Source: a virus
Virus record (IMG/VR): IMGVR_UViG_3300035665_000004
Coordinates: 32,001-96,000 of that record
Strand: one strand, 5' to 3'
DNA: 64,000 nt
Below are positions 48,708-59,168 of this stretch, one piece after another. Made by a program: the position numbers and the translations under genes. Positions within the stretch are counted from its first letter, which is position 1; each line of letters opens with the position of its first letter. Below the pieces are notes generated by a model, which did not search any database, had not been told where the DNA came from, and worked only from the letters and a program-made list of their open reading frames with translations.

Positions 48708-50395
48708 TTAACTTATTATACATTTTTTCCATTCAAAAACAGCTATACCACAATCCCAAATACGATTATAACCATTATTTTTCAAGTTTTCCCAAACTGA
48801 TAGTTTTGAGGAATAGGTTACACAATGTGATTTCACCCAGTGATGTTCAATTTCATCGATAGATACCAAACCATCAAGAAATTTACCGAAAATGTGAAAA
48901 TTCGGTGGTGTGGTTTTAACTTTGGTGAATCCAACTAAACTCAATATTCGTTCGTCATCATACCGCATATTCAAAAAATATGTTATTTTTGAAACATCAT
49001 AGGTTTTTAAAAAATAATCCCACAGTTTTTTAAAACCACCATCGATTTCACAGTGTGTCTTAACACAAATTCGATTCAAAACAAAACTACCATAACTCCT
49101 TTTTGTGAACGTTATTACTAAAACTAAGTCATCATTATTAAAAAGACCAAATTGTACATTTGATAAATCAGAACCTTGTAGATGATTATTTTCTAAAAAA
49201 ACATCCTTTTCTTTTTTTGTTATTTCTTTTGCATCGCAGTGATCAACATCAATCAAGATGTTGAATTGATCAAGATACCGGTTAATCAAAGATAACACGA
49301 TATGTTTTTGTGAATTCCATTCAGTTTCGCAAATATGAATCAGCCGAATACCCTTTTCAGCACATTTTAGAGTTTTTTCTAAATGATATGATCTACCAAC
49401 TCCCATTTTCTCACTATGCCACCAAATACCATTAAACTCAATTGCTAATTTCTTTGATGGAAAGTAAATATCTAACTCTTTTCCATCAAGAACAGTCCTA
49501 TTGATTGATACTTATCTTCGATATTAATGCTTTCAAATAATTCAGTTTCCACCTTTGAAATCCCATTCAATTTTGGATTACAGTAATCACAAAATGGTTC
49601 ACTGTAGATAGTGCTATTAAACTCATTACCACAATCATTACATAACCACAAATAATGATAATCGATACCAATATAATCATCTGCTGAAAATAGTGGTTTA
49701 CATTTTGAAAAGTTTAATATCACAGTATCATAATAATTTTTCCTATGGGTTAAAAGACCAGCAGCACGTTTTTAGGATGCATTAATGGTGTTTTAAAACC
49801 AAATTTTTTTAAATTTGTTATCTCAGATTTACGTTTTACCGATTTTACCTGTTGTGGATTAGTCACGTTATGATGTTTGGCGAAATAGTTTTTAACTTTT
49901 TGTTGTATCAATTTTGATTGAAAAGGAAAATCAACACCGATATTTTTTTGGTTTGTTTCCTTGATTTTGTTTTGAATCTTACGGTCGTTAAAATGATTCT
50001 CACAACCATAATTGATAATATTAGTCTTTTTAATTTTTTCTTTTGTTTCGGTGAGGTGCATATGGTGTTCAACACCATAAGTATCCAAACATTTTACTTT
50101 TTTAGCGTGATCAACGGAACAACCAAGTGAATACACATTAACCGAGTTATTAAACATTCGATTATTGTTACATGATGGATAACCACATATAAGTGGTGAT
50201 AATATTTGATGTTTTAAAGAATATAATGCTTCTTTAGTAGATTTTGTCCAGGGAAATATTAGGTGCAAATCATCCAATAATTCCGGGGGTTTCAGTAATT
50301 TTTTTAATCCAACTACGGGTATTTACGATTTTGAGAAGAAAATTATATTTTGATATATTTGATTTGATTGAATTTTCACTGAATTTTGATACCAC
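48708..50395 (-). pseudogene. Hef/Vsr-like homing endonuclease gene broken by three frameshifts
   Basis: Joining the frames gives an N-terminal region, YG-x-x-x-P/H repeats, a CxxC Zn ribbon, NRTVLDGKELDIYFPSKKLAIEFNGIWWHSE, GIRLIHI.E.EW and a C-terminal WDCG domain. Confidence 0.75.
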
Positions 50396-50479
50396 ACTAT
50401 TTTCCCCACCTTATTTTTTTGTATTTCATTTTACAAAAAACTAAGATGGAGAAAATTATGTGTTTAAGTTACTTATTTT

Positions 50480-51217
50480 TTAAACGCCTCTATCAGCATT
50501 ATATGAATAAGCAGATGTAACAAATTGATTGATTTGTTCTTCTTTTTCAACAATTTCACTTATTGATTCAATGCCACCTTTTAAATCTGCTCTCATTTTC
50601 ACTTCATCAGATAATAATGTAGCTGTTAATTTATCCATAGAATTTTTTGATGGATTTGCATCTTTTTGTGCCTGTGTTCTTGTGTTCCATTCATGTGCAA
50701 AATAATAAAGTGCCATTTGAGTAGCAACTTTAGTATCAGCAATATCATCCTCAACGTCTACAATATTTCCTCTGATTTGATTTCTCAATACAGATTTAGC
50801 ATCAAATTTTTGAATCCACGCTTTTGCGTTTTGATAAGGAATAATATCTTCAGATGTAAAATTTTTCTGTGATTTATCATCTTTATAATCTAATGGTTCA
50901 ATTACTGTACCATCTTTTACTCCATCAACACCAACAATAACTTGACCTGGATTAAGTTCTAACCGAAGTTTATCGCCAAAACCATTTACATTATATGCAG
51001 GTGCATTATAAGCACCCTCATATCTAGGTCCGTTGATTGCAGCACTAAAATTATCATCAACAGGTTGTACATTAAACTCTTGAATAGATGAAATTGCAGA
51101 ATCTGATACATCAACAACTACCCAACCATTAATGTTACCAACAATATTGACATCTTGTACCTGTGGGGTTGTACCACCAAGTGTTTGAATGTCGTTAGTT
51201 TTTAAAATACCTTGCAT
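50480..51217 (-). CDS. Fibre partner / chaperone-like protein, paralogue C
   Basis: LRNQIRGNIVDVEDDIADTK motif shared with 52856 and 55600. Confidence 0.55.
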   Translation of the reverse strand: MQGILKTNDIQTLGGTTPQVQDVNIVGNINGWVVVDVSDSAISSIQEFNVQPVDDNFSAAINGPRYEGAYNAPAYNVNGFGDKLRLELNPGQVIVGVDGVKDGTVIEPLDYKDDKSQKNFTSEDIIPYQNAKAWIQKFDAKSVLRNQIRGNIVDVEDDIADTKVATQMALYYFAHEWNTRTQAQKDANPSKNSMDKLTATLLSDEVKMRADLKGGIESISEIVEKEEQINQFVTSAYSYNADRGV

Positions 51218-51228
51218 TTTTATTCTCC

Positions 51229-52842
51229 TTAGTTGCCAGATGTTGCGTCAAATTCTTGTCTAGACTGACCAATATTTCCAAAATAATTCGTATTACCTGG
51301 GGTATTTGCGTCAAAACTTCTAATTTGTCTCCAACCACACCAACCATAACTCCAACCACCAGCAATACTTATAGTTACACCATTACTTGATGATGCTGCA
51401 TGTGCCATATAATTACCAGTATTACCAAAATATGCTGAACCACCTGGCGTTGCGATAGTAAGGACTTCGATTGAACCACTAGGTGCCCACCAACCACCAA
51501 ATACAAACCCTTTAACACCGTTTGTATTGCCAGTGTTACAATATCTGTTCCACCGTAATTCACCAAAGTATGAACCGTTTGATGGTGTGGCAATAGTGAT
51601 ATAGTCCATACTAGAAAAAATATTCCACCAGTTGTAATAACCACCAGCATTCACACCTTTAGTACCGTCAGTGATATGAGTGTTTGACCAGAAACGACCC
51701 ACCCATGATGAACCAAAGTTTTTATAATTTGATGGTGTTGAAATAGTAACATATTCAACATCACTTCTACTCGCCCACCAACTATTCCAACCACCTGAAA
51801 ATACTCCTTTCGATCCATCAGAAACACCCTGTGCAGCTAAAGCACGGTAAACTGCTTCACCAAAATATCTACTATTACCTGGAGTTGAAAATGTAATATA
51901 TTGGTAGTTTGAAGACCAATTCCATCCAGGTCTTCCACCTTGATGCCATAAACCTCTACCACCACCAGTAACACCGATTGGATTTCCGTTTACACCACTG
52001 ATACTTCCAAAATCACGACCATTCATAGGCGTTGATAATTGTACGTATTCACTATCAACCCAATAACCGCACCACATATAGCCACCAGAATAAACCATTC
52101 TGTCACCCATAAACCCATAAACAGTTCTACCTAATCTAACAGCATTGTTCATGTCATAAATCAATTGTCCAAATTTTGCATTTGAAGCATCAAATGTTCC
52201 GATAGTTCTTTTTACAACTGCGATACCTGTTGATTTATTTAAAATAATAACACCTGTTGGGATTTTAGAGACATCATCTTCATTAGAATTAACAGCATAA
52301 ATGAATGAATCTTTGTTTATATGGTATTTACCTTTATCACCCAAATAGATTGATTTATCTCTAATATATAAAGTTCTAAATCTGTTACTATATGAACCTA
52401 AATCGTGTGTTTCATTTTTATCTGGAACAATGTTTCCAGATGTTGAGAATTTTTTCTCCATTACTACTGAACCAGTGATTGTACCACCAGATTTATCAAA
52501 CTTATCAGAAATATCAACATATGTTAATACCCATGTTTTGATTTCTTGTGTAGTTCTACCACCAATTTTAGAAACATTGTGTCCCCATTTAGTACCATTG
52601 AAAATTTTCAATGTTTTATCTTTTGTATTATACCACATTTGCCCTTTTAATGGGTCTTCTGGTGCCTTATCATATGCAAAATTTTCAAGGATTTTAACGA
52701 AGTTTTGGTTGAAATCCTCGATATATGATTCCGCACCTCTACCGATTAAAGCTGTAGAGATAACATCTTTTAAGACCTCTTTAGAACTAACATCGGCGAT
52801 TACCTCACCGCGAGTATTTTTTACTGTAATTACTGTTGTCAT
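51229..52842 (-). CDS. Tail fibre / receptor-binding protein with YxTIxTPxN...FG repeats, paralogue C
   Basis: N-terminal TALIGRG..KILENF..AP..GQMWY and C-terminal beta-repeat domain. Confidence 0.65.
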   Translation of the reverse strand: MTTVITVKNTRGEVIADVSSKEVLKDVISTALIGRGAESYIEDFNQNFVKILENFAYDKAPEDPLKGQMWYNTKDKTLKIFNGTKWGHNVSKIGGRTTQEIKTWVLTYVDISDKFDKSGGTITGSVVMEKKFSTSGNIVPDKNETHDLGSYSNRFRTLYIRDKSIYLGDKGKYHINKDSFIYAVNSNEDDVSKIPTGVIILNKSTGIAVVKRTIGTFDASNAKFGQLIYDMNNAVRLGRTVYGFMGDRMVYSGGYMWCGYWVDSEYVQLSTPMNGRDFGSISGVNGNPIGVTGGGRGLWHQGGRPGWNWSSNYQYITFSTPGNSRYFGEAVYRALAAQGVSDGSKGVFSGGWNSWWASRSDVEYVTISTPSNYKNFGSSWVGRFWSNTHITDGTKGVNAGGYYNWWNIFSSMDYITIATPSNGSYFGELRWNRYCNTGNTNGVKGFVFGGWWAPSGSIEVLTIATPGGSAYFGNTGNYMAHAASSSNGVTISIAGGWSYGWCGWRQIRSFDANTPGNTNYFGNIGQSRQEFDATSGN

Positions 52843-52855
52843 TATTTACTCCCTA

Positions 52856-53500
52856 TTATAGCTTTTTAGTAAGATAATAATTGTCAACTACTTTAGCAAT
52901 TTCAACTTCTAAATTGACAACGTCTTCAATTTTTTTCAAATCATTTTCGATAGTTGATAGTGCATCAATGTTATCAGCAACAGCAACATCTAAATCATCC
53001 AAAACTGTTTTAAATCTACTTTTACTTTTATCTTCATCAGATTTTACACGCCAATCATCAACAACAAAGGTGATTAAACTTTGAACAATTCTTTTTAAGT
53101 CGACTAAATCATCTTCAACATCTTTTATTTCTCTTACTTTCGCTCTAGTTATTATTTTGGATTCTAAATTATTTATAAACTTTTCAGCCAAATCCATATT
53201 TTCTTTATCTGTTTCTGATAAAGATATTTCAATTTCTAAACCAGCTGGAGCACCCAATTTACCAATATTTGGATCACTACTCAATTCAACATCTTCAACC
53301 AATAATCTATCCAATACTTGTAACCCTCTGACAACTTCGGAGGGAACTGCAATAAAATCAAATTCTTTGTAGAAATGTGCTTTTTCATCTGGACAATTTG
53401 CTAAATTCCAACCTTTATAGTAGGCTAACCCAACTTCAATACCCTGAGGATGAACACCACCGATGCCAGGAATATTATTTTCTTTATAAATTACATACAT
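52856..53500 (-). CDS. Fibre partner / chaperone-like protein, paralogue B
   Basis: TRAKVREIKDVEDDLVDLK; N-terminus GIEVGLAYYKGW. Confidence 0.55.
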   Translation of the reverse strand: MYVIYKENNIPGIGGVHPQGIEVGLAYYKGWNLANCPDEKAHFYKEFDFIAVPSEVVRGLQVLDRLLVEDVELSSDPNIGKLGAPAGLEIEISLSETDKENMDLAEKFINNLESKIITRAKVREIKDVEDDLVDLKRIVQSLITFVVDDWRVKSDEDKSKSRFKTVLDDLDVAVADNIDALSTIENDLKKIEDVVNLEVEIAKVVDNYYLTKKL

Positions 53501-53515
53501 TGTTTAAACTCCTTA

Positions 53516-55582
53516 TTAGTTACCTGAGAAATATGCTGAAAATCTAATTCCAACACTAGCATTTCCGAATGTTGTTGCCGAACCACCATTTGCATATGAT
53601 AAATAATCCAAAGTAGTTAAATATTGACTTCCACTAGCGGCTACCATTCTACTATCATTTGAAACTGGATCCGCAGTATGTCTAGAATAAGTTAATGTTC
53701 CGAAACTTGTTGAATTACTTGGTGTTGCCAATGTTAATTTTTCAACATTGTTGGTGATACCAGCACCATTATTACCTGCAGCCCATAAACCATGTGTACC
53801 ATTTGATGTAGCACCTGTCCAACCTCTAGAAGTTTGCATCTTACCAAAATAAATTGAATTGCTTGGTGTAGAAATAGTGACATATCTGTATTCTTGTGCG
53901 TTCCATGCAGCAGCACCTCTATCAAAAATAGCTTTAACACCATCAGAAACAGCAGCATTCCAGTAAGCAGATGTACCTAAATCAGCAAACTTAACAGCGT
54001 TCATTGGGGTTGAGAATAACACATAATATGAAGACCCAGCATCATTTCCACCACCAAAAGTAATTGCGGTAGTACCATCAGAAGCCGCTGCAGATGAATT
54101 ACCTGCATTATATGTACCAAAATCAACAGCATTGCCAGGTGTTGCGATAGTAACATATTGAATGCCACCATATGAATGTTGCCAGAATGATAAACCTCTT
54201 ACACCATCAGATGCACCCGCAGAATGTCCACCAGATCTACATGAGCCAAACTGAGTTGAATTTCCTGTAGTTGGAATTGAAACTGCTTGGATATACCCAT
54301 GTGACCACGAACCCATCCACAAACCTTTGTCACCATTAAAGTTATAGTTATTTCCACCAATAACAACACCGTATTTTTTATCACCAGATAATTTTTTAAA
54401 AGTATTATTATCTGTTGAACCAACAAATGATGCTTTTTTAACAATTGCTTCACCTGTAGCTCTATTCAAAATCAATGATCCCACTGGAATATTTGTTACT
54501 GAATCAGTTTCTTTTTCTACAGTGTAAACAAAAGAATTTTTGTTGAATGATTTACCATCACCCATATAAATTGAATTGTCTTCTGATAAATGTAATCTTC
54601 TGAAACTTTTATCAACTGTACCTAAATCTTGAATTTCATTACCTGTTGGTGCTATGCTATCTTTTAAAGTTACTGAACCAGAAAATACAACTGAACCATT
54701 AACTGTACCACCAGTTTTATCAAATTTAACAGATAAATCGATACCTGACAAAATATAACTTCTTAAAGTTTTTAAATCTCTACCATCAATAGTTTCAGAT
54801 GATGAACCCCATGTAGTACCATTCCAAACTAACAAATTATCATTTGTTGCGTTTGGAGATATTAATGATGTGTGAGGACTCATACCTTCAGTAGGTACTA
54901 ATGATTCAAATGATGCATGTGCGAATGCGTAAGTTTTAGCATCATAACCCTGTAAATCTTCTGAAATAATACCGAATTTTCCAGTACCAATTGCAGCATA
55001 TGGATAACGATTCACATCTTTAATTTTATGCCACGCTTGTGAACCCAATGCACCCATTTTAGTATTTAAATCTTTGTTTGTGCCAATGGCATCATACGAC
55101 ACCAAAACAAACATTTCCGATTCACCAACTGTGCCTAATTTAGATGCAAGTTGAGTACAGGCAGATGATGCACCATACACGTCATAATTAGTAATAGATT
55201 TAACTTTTGTTTTGAACGTATTGTCAAAAATCATAAGTGTTAAACCACGTTTAACAGGTACTTTCATATCTACACCATTAATATAGATATAGCAATCTGC
55301 CTTATAATTAGTTCCAGTACCTCTAACAGATACAATGTTTGAACCTTTTTTAGAATACCAAAGTTGACCTATTTGTGGTTTTTTCGGAGCAGTTTTTGAT
55401 GAGAAATTTTCTAATAATCTATAGAAATTTTCATTTACCTGCTTCAAATAACTTTCAACACCTTTAGCAAATAAGTTAATAGAAGTGCTGGTAGTGTCTA
55501 TAGCATTTGGTGTAGTAGTATTGATTGATGCCACCAACGCATTAGCTGTATTTCTGACTTCAATTTTAGTTTTTACCGTCAT
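53516..55582 (-). CDS. Tail fibre / receptor-binding protein, paralogue B, with an ILEI/PANDER-like insert
   Basis: Same N- and C-terminal modules plus an insert GLTLMIFD...YDVYG...VLVSYDA...YPYAAIG. Confidence 0.65.
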   Translation of the reverse strand: MTVKTKIEVRNTANALVASINTTTPNAIDTTSTSINLFAKGVESYLKQVNENFYRLLENFSSKTAPKKPQIGQLWYSKKGSNIVSVRGTGTNYKADCYIYINGVDMKVPVKRGLTLMIFDNTFKTKVKSITNYDVYGASSACTQLASKLGTVGESEMFVLVSYDAIGTNKDLNTKMGALGSQAWHKIKDVNRYPYAAIGTGKFGIISEDLQGYDAKTYAFAHASFESLVPTEGMSPHTSLISPNATNDNLLVWNGTTWGSSSETIDGRDLKTLRSYILSGIDLSVKFDKTGGTVNGSVVFSGSVTLKDSIAPTGNEIQDLGTVDKSFRRLHLSEDNSIYMGDGKSFNKNSFVYTVEKETDSVTNIPVGSLILNRATGEAIVKKASFVGSTDNNTFKKLSGDKKYGVVIGGNNYNFNGDKGLWMGSWSHGYIQAVSIPTTGNSTQFGSCRSGGHSAGASDGVRGLSFWQHSYGGIQYVTIATPGNAVDFGTYNAGNSSAAASDGTTAITFGGGNDAGSSYYVLFSTPMNAVKFADLGTSAYWNAAVSDGVKAIFDRGAAAWNAQEYRYVTISTPSNSIYFGKMQTSRGWTGATSNGTHGLWAAGNNGAGITNNVEKLTLATPSNSTSFGTLTYSRHTADPVSNDSRMVAASGSQYLTTLDYLSYANGGSATTFGNASVGIRFSAYFSGN

Positions 55583-55599
55583 TTTTAATCTCCCTTAAC

Positions 55600-56253
55600 T
55601 TATTTCAATTGATCAACGTAGTTAGATTTTACAATTCTAGCAATGATAGATTCATCTTTAATAATTGTAGTTATTTTATTAAGAATTTTGTCATTGTTGA
55701 TTCTCAAATCTTTACCACTTAACGATTCGACAAATGAATTCATTAAATCTTTAATTGGGTATTTTTCTTTCTCAGCATCAGTTTTCGTTGAAAAATCTTC
55801 TGCTATATAACCCAATAAGAATTCAACTAATAACTTTGTATCAGCCAAATCATCTTCAAAATCTTTGAATGTTCTAATTTTTGCTCTAGTGATGAATTTC
55901 AATTCCAACTTGTCTATATAATCCTTTGCTAACTCAGATAAAACTGTTTCTTCCTCAGTTAATGCTCTATTATGTTCTGCAGCTTCCACGGCAATACCAT
56001 TTGGAAGTACAGGAAGATCTAGTTCCGCTTGAATTTGAGTATATTTTGTTTTCCCCAATAATTTTAAACCAACCGCAATTGATTTGGAAATTGGGTATAA
56101 TTTGAATTCTGAAAATTTTACAAATTCATCTAATTGCATTGTACATAATTTCCAACCACGATATTCTGCCAACCCAATTTCAATTCCCGTTGGGTTTACA
56201 CCACCCACCAAAGGAATAATATTTTCTTTATATATTGCGTAAATAATTTCCAT
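55600..56253 (-). CDS. Fibre partner / chaperone-like protein, paralogue A
   Basis: TRAKIRTFKDFEDDLADTK; N-terminus GIEIGLAEYRGW. Confidence 0.55.
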   Translation of the reverse strand: MEIIYAIYKENIIPLVGGVNPTGIEIGLAEYRGWKLCTMQLDEFVKFSEFKLYPISKSIAVGLKLLGKTKYTQIQAELDLPVLPNGIAVEAAEHNRALTEEETVLSELAKDYIDKLELKFITRAKIRTFKDFEDDLADTKLLVEFLLGYIAEDFSTKTDAEKEKYPIKDLMNSFVESLSGKDLRINNDKILNKITTIIKDESIIARIVKSNYVDQLK

Positions 56254-56273
56254 TTTTTTGTTCCTTATAATTA

Positions 56274-57908
56274 TTAATTACCAGATACACTTGATGGTCT
56301 AGCACTTCTTGTTTGTGCCAATGATCCAAAGAATGTAGAATTGCCTGGGGTTGAAATAGTAATATATTCCATAGTAGTATTCCATAATGAACCAACTAAT
56401 ACCCCACGAATGCCATTTGATACACCTGCACCATCATAAGCGTTTCCAGTTAATTTACCAAATTGTTGTGCGTTACTTGTAGTAGCAATTGTAAAATATT
56501 CGATGTTATTCCAACCAGCTCTTGAATAACCACCCATAATAACACCTTTAATCGCATCAGTTACAGGTACACCATGTGCACCATAGTTGTATGTACATGA
56601 ACCAAAATAAGTTGAATTACCTAATGTTTGGATAGTGATGTACTCTAATACTGAATCCCAACCATTTCTGGAATATCCACCAAAAACTCCTCTAGTACCA
56701 GATGAAACAGCAGTACCCCAATACCCTTGTGCAACAGAACCAAATTTTGATGCGTTTCCTGGGGTTTCAATTGTAACATAGTTAGATATATTATGGTGGC
56801 CGGATGGTCCTGTACTTGTCGCATTATATGCTGGACCAATAACACCTCTAGTGCCATCGGATACACAAGATGAACCATAGTTTTCATAACCAATAGTACC
56901 AAAATTTGTCGCATTACCAGGGGTTGCAATAGTTACATAATCCATTTTACCATTATTTGCAGTATTATACCCCATCCAACCACCTTGGAATACACCACGC
57001 ACACCATTTGACATACCACAACCCATATGCGACCTACCATAAGTTAAATTGCCAAAATTTGATGAATTGGATGTTGTTGGGATACTAATTTTATCAATAG
57101 ATGCAGATGAATAACCACTTGATGGAGTATAACCCCCTGCAATCAAACCAGTATTACCTAAGAATGAGAATTTATTACCACCGATAACCGCAGAATTTTG
57201 TTTATCATCCGCTAATTTTCTGAATGTCGAATTGTTTTTCCCAAATGTACCAGTTGATTTTTTAATAATTGCTTCACCCGTTTCTTGATGTAAAATAATA
57301 GCACCAAGTGGAAATTTTGAAACATCTGTTTCATCAGATGCAACCGCATACACAAAATTATGAGGTTTGAATGTCAACCCCTTAGATTCATCACCTAATC
57401 TAATACCATCCTCTTGTAAATAGATGTTTCTAAATCTATTATTTTCACCACCCAATGAAACTGTATCAGTTGTACTTGGTAACATTGGTTGTTGAATTTG
57501 TACAGCACCGTTAACATTTATTTCACCTGTAACATTACCGCCAGTTTTAGATAATTTACCAGTAGTATCAATACCAGCCAAAGTATATTCTCTGATTCCA
57601 TCAAGAGTTTTACCACTTAATGTGGTTGAATTTGACAACCATGCAGTATCAGTTTTATAATTTATTTTATCATTTGCTGAATCATACCATACTTGACCGG
57701 CTACTTTTCCTGCATCAGTCGAAGCTTTTGGTGGTGCTACATCACCTGAAAAATTTTCTAACAATTTAACAAAATTGTTATTAATTACAAGCATGTAATC
57801 TTCGACACTTTCACCAATTAAAGCAGTATCGAATGTTGAGTTGATGGTTTTATCACCAACAGTTACAATATTCTGTCCCGCAGTATTCGTTACTGTAATA
57901 TTAGCCAT
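56274..57908 (-). CDS. Tail fibre / receptor-binding protein, paralogue A
   Basis: TALIG..KLLENF..AP..GQVWY plus about seven YxTIxTPGN...FG repeats. Confidence 0.65.
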   Translation of the reverse strand: MANITVTNTAGQNIVTVGDKTINSTFDTALIGESVEDYMLVINNNFVKLLENFSGDVAPPKASTDAGKVAGQVWYDSANDKINYKTDTAWLSNSTTLSGKTLDGIREYTLAGIDTTGKLSKTGGNVTGEINVNGAVQIQQPMLPSTTDTVSLGGENNRFRNIYLQEDGIRLGDESKGLTFKPHNFVYAVASDETDVSKFPLGAIILHQETGEAIIKKSTGTFGKNNSTFRKLADDKQNSAVIGGNKFSFLGNTGLIAGGYTPSSGYSSASIDKISIPTTSNSSNFGNLTYGRSHMGCGMSNGVRGVFQGGWMGYNTANNGKMDYVTIATPGNATNFGTIGYENYGSSCVSDGTRGVIGPAYNATSTGPSGHHNISNYVTIETPGNASKFGSVAQGYWGTAVSSGTRGVFGGYSRNGWDSVLEYITIQTLGNSTYFGSCTYNYGAHGVPVTDAIKGVIMGGYSRAGWNNIEYFTIATTSNAQQFGKLTGNAYDGAGVSNGIRGVLVGSLWNTTMEYITISTPGNSTFFGSLAQTRSARPSSVSGN

Positions 57909-57955
57909 ATTAAATTTCTCCTTAGATTTTCAGATATATTTATTTCATTTTTATT

Positions 57956-57963
57956 TATTTATA
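57956..57963 (-). promoter_or_regulatory. T4-type late promoter (TATAAATA)
   Basis: Exact consensus upstream of the six-gene fibre operon; a second AATAAATA at 57937-57944. Confidence 0.55.
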
Positions 57964-58017
57964 ATGGTTGAGTTAATTATTGTAAAATTACATCATCTTA
58001 AATAAAAAAGGAAAAAA

Positions 58018-59157
58018 ATGAAAAATTTACTTATTGATTTTGCAAATTTAACAGCCATCACTAGATTTGGTATAATGTCAAAAAATGCATCGACTCTACT
58101 AATGGAGGATGAAGAATGGGAAAATTACTTTTTAGATGCAATGTTAGTTTCACTCGCAAATTATATAAATGTTTTGAAAGCAGACAGAGTTATTTTAACA
58201 GGTGAAAGTAAATCATGGAGAAAAACATTTTATCCACTATACAAAGCGAATCGTGATGCAAACAAAGAAGCCGATGAAAAACTAGATTTATTTTATAACG
58301 CTGTGAATAAAGCAACTGCGTTTATGGAAGATTTTACCAACGCAAAAGTTATTAGAACCAGTGGTGCTGAAGGTGATGATATTATTGCAGTATTAACTCA
58401 AAAATTTTCAGCGGAAGGTGAAAAAACCGTAATCGTTTCGACCGATGGAGATTTTAAACAGTTGCTGCGATTCAAAGGGGTTAGAATTTTTCACCCCATA
58501 AAAAAAGCCTATATTACTGAATACTCACATTTAGAATATATCACTAAAATAATTAAAGGTGATGCAGGTGACAATGTACCAACAACTTATCCAAGAATAA
58601 AACCTGAAGTGTTGGAGTCAATCGCATTAGATGAAAAGCATTTGGAACATCATTTCGATATTGTTGATAAAACTATTGGCCGTCAAAAATTCTTCATTGC
58701 GAAATTTTTAGAAATTGATGAGATTCCATCAGATTTAACAACCGATGAATGGGAAGAAGTTATATCGATTGCAAAAGAAAAGAAAACAAAATTGCTCAAT
58801 GCAATCACACTAGCAAAAAATGATGATACTTATAAAACAAATACTGAGTTACAAAGAAAAGAAAAACGATTGAAAGATATTATTAAAATGGCTAAAAAAG
58901 AAAACATTACGGAACCTAGATTATTTAGTATAATAAATTCATTTAGAGATGGTTTTCACAGAAACAAAAAATTAATATGTTTGCATATTGACAATATACC
59001 TGAACATATTACCAATAATATACTTGATGAATACAACCGAGATCATAGTGCGTCAAAACAGTCAGAATTTCTAAAATTTGTTAGAAATCACAAATTAAAA
59101 GAATTTGCTTTTGGTTCAGAATGGAATACTTTAAAGGCAATACAAAAAAATATTTAG
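58018..59157 (+). CDS. 5'-3' exonuclease / T4 RNase H-like (FEN family)
   Basis: LIDFAN, WRK..YP.YKANR, EGDDII, STDGDFKQL and KGDAGDNVP motifs. Confidence 0.9.
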   Translation: MKNLLIDFANLTAITRFGIMSKNASTLLMEDEEWENYFLDAMLVSLANYINVLKADRVILTGESKSWRKTFYPLYKANRDANKEADEKLDLFYNAVNKATAFMEDFTNAKVIRTSGAEGDDIIAVLTQKFSAEGEKTVIVSTDGDFKQLLRFKGVRIFHPIKKAYITEYSHLEYITKIIKGDAGDNVPTTYPRIKPEVLESIALDEKHLEHHFDIVDKTIGRQKFFIAKFLEIDEIPSDLTTDEWEEVISIAKEKKTKLLNAITLAKNDDTYKTNTELQRKEKRLKDIIKMAKKENITEPRLFSIINSFRDGFHRNKKLICLHIDNIPEHITNNILDEYNRDHSASKQSEFLKFVRNHKLKEFAFGSEWNTLKAIQKNI

Positions 59158-59168
59158 GAATATTAATC

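Noticed and set aside
49490-49790. Programmed ribosomal frameshifting in the Hef-like gene
   Set aside because: Three shifts of mixed sign would be needed and no canonical heptamer with a downstream structure is evident; decay or sequencing error is simpler.
50480-57908. Diversity-generating retroelement acting on the fibre tips
   Set aside because: No reverse transcriptase and no template/variable repeat pair differing at adenines was noticed.
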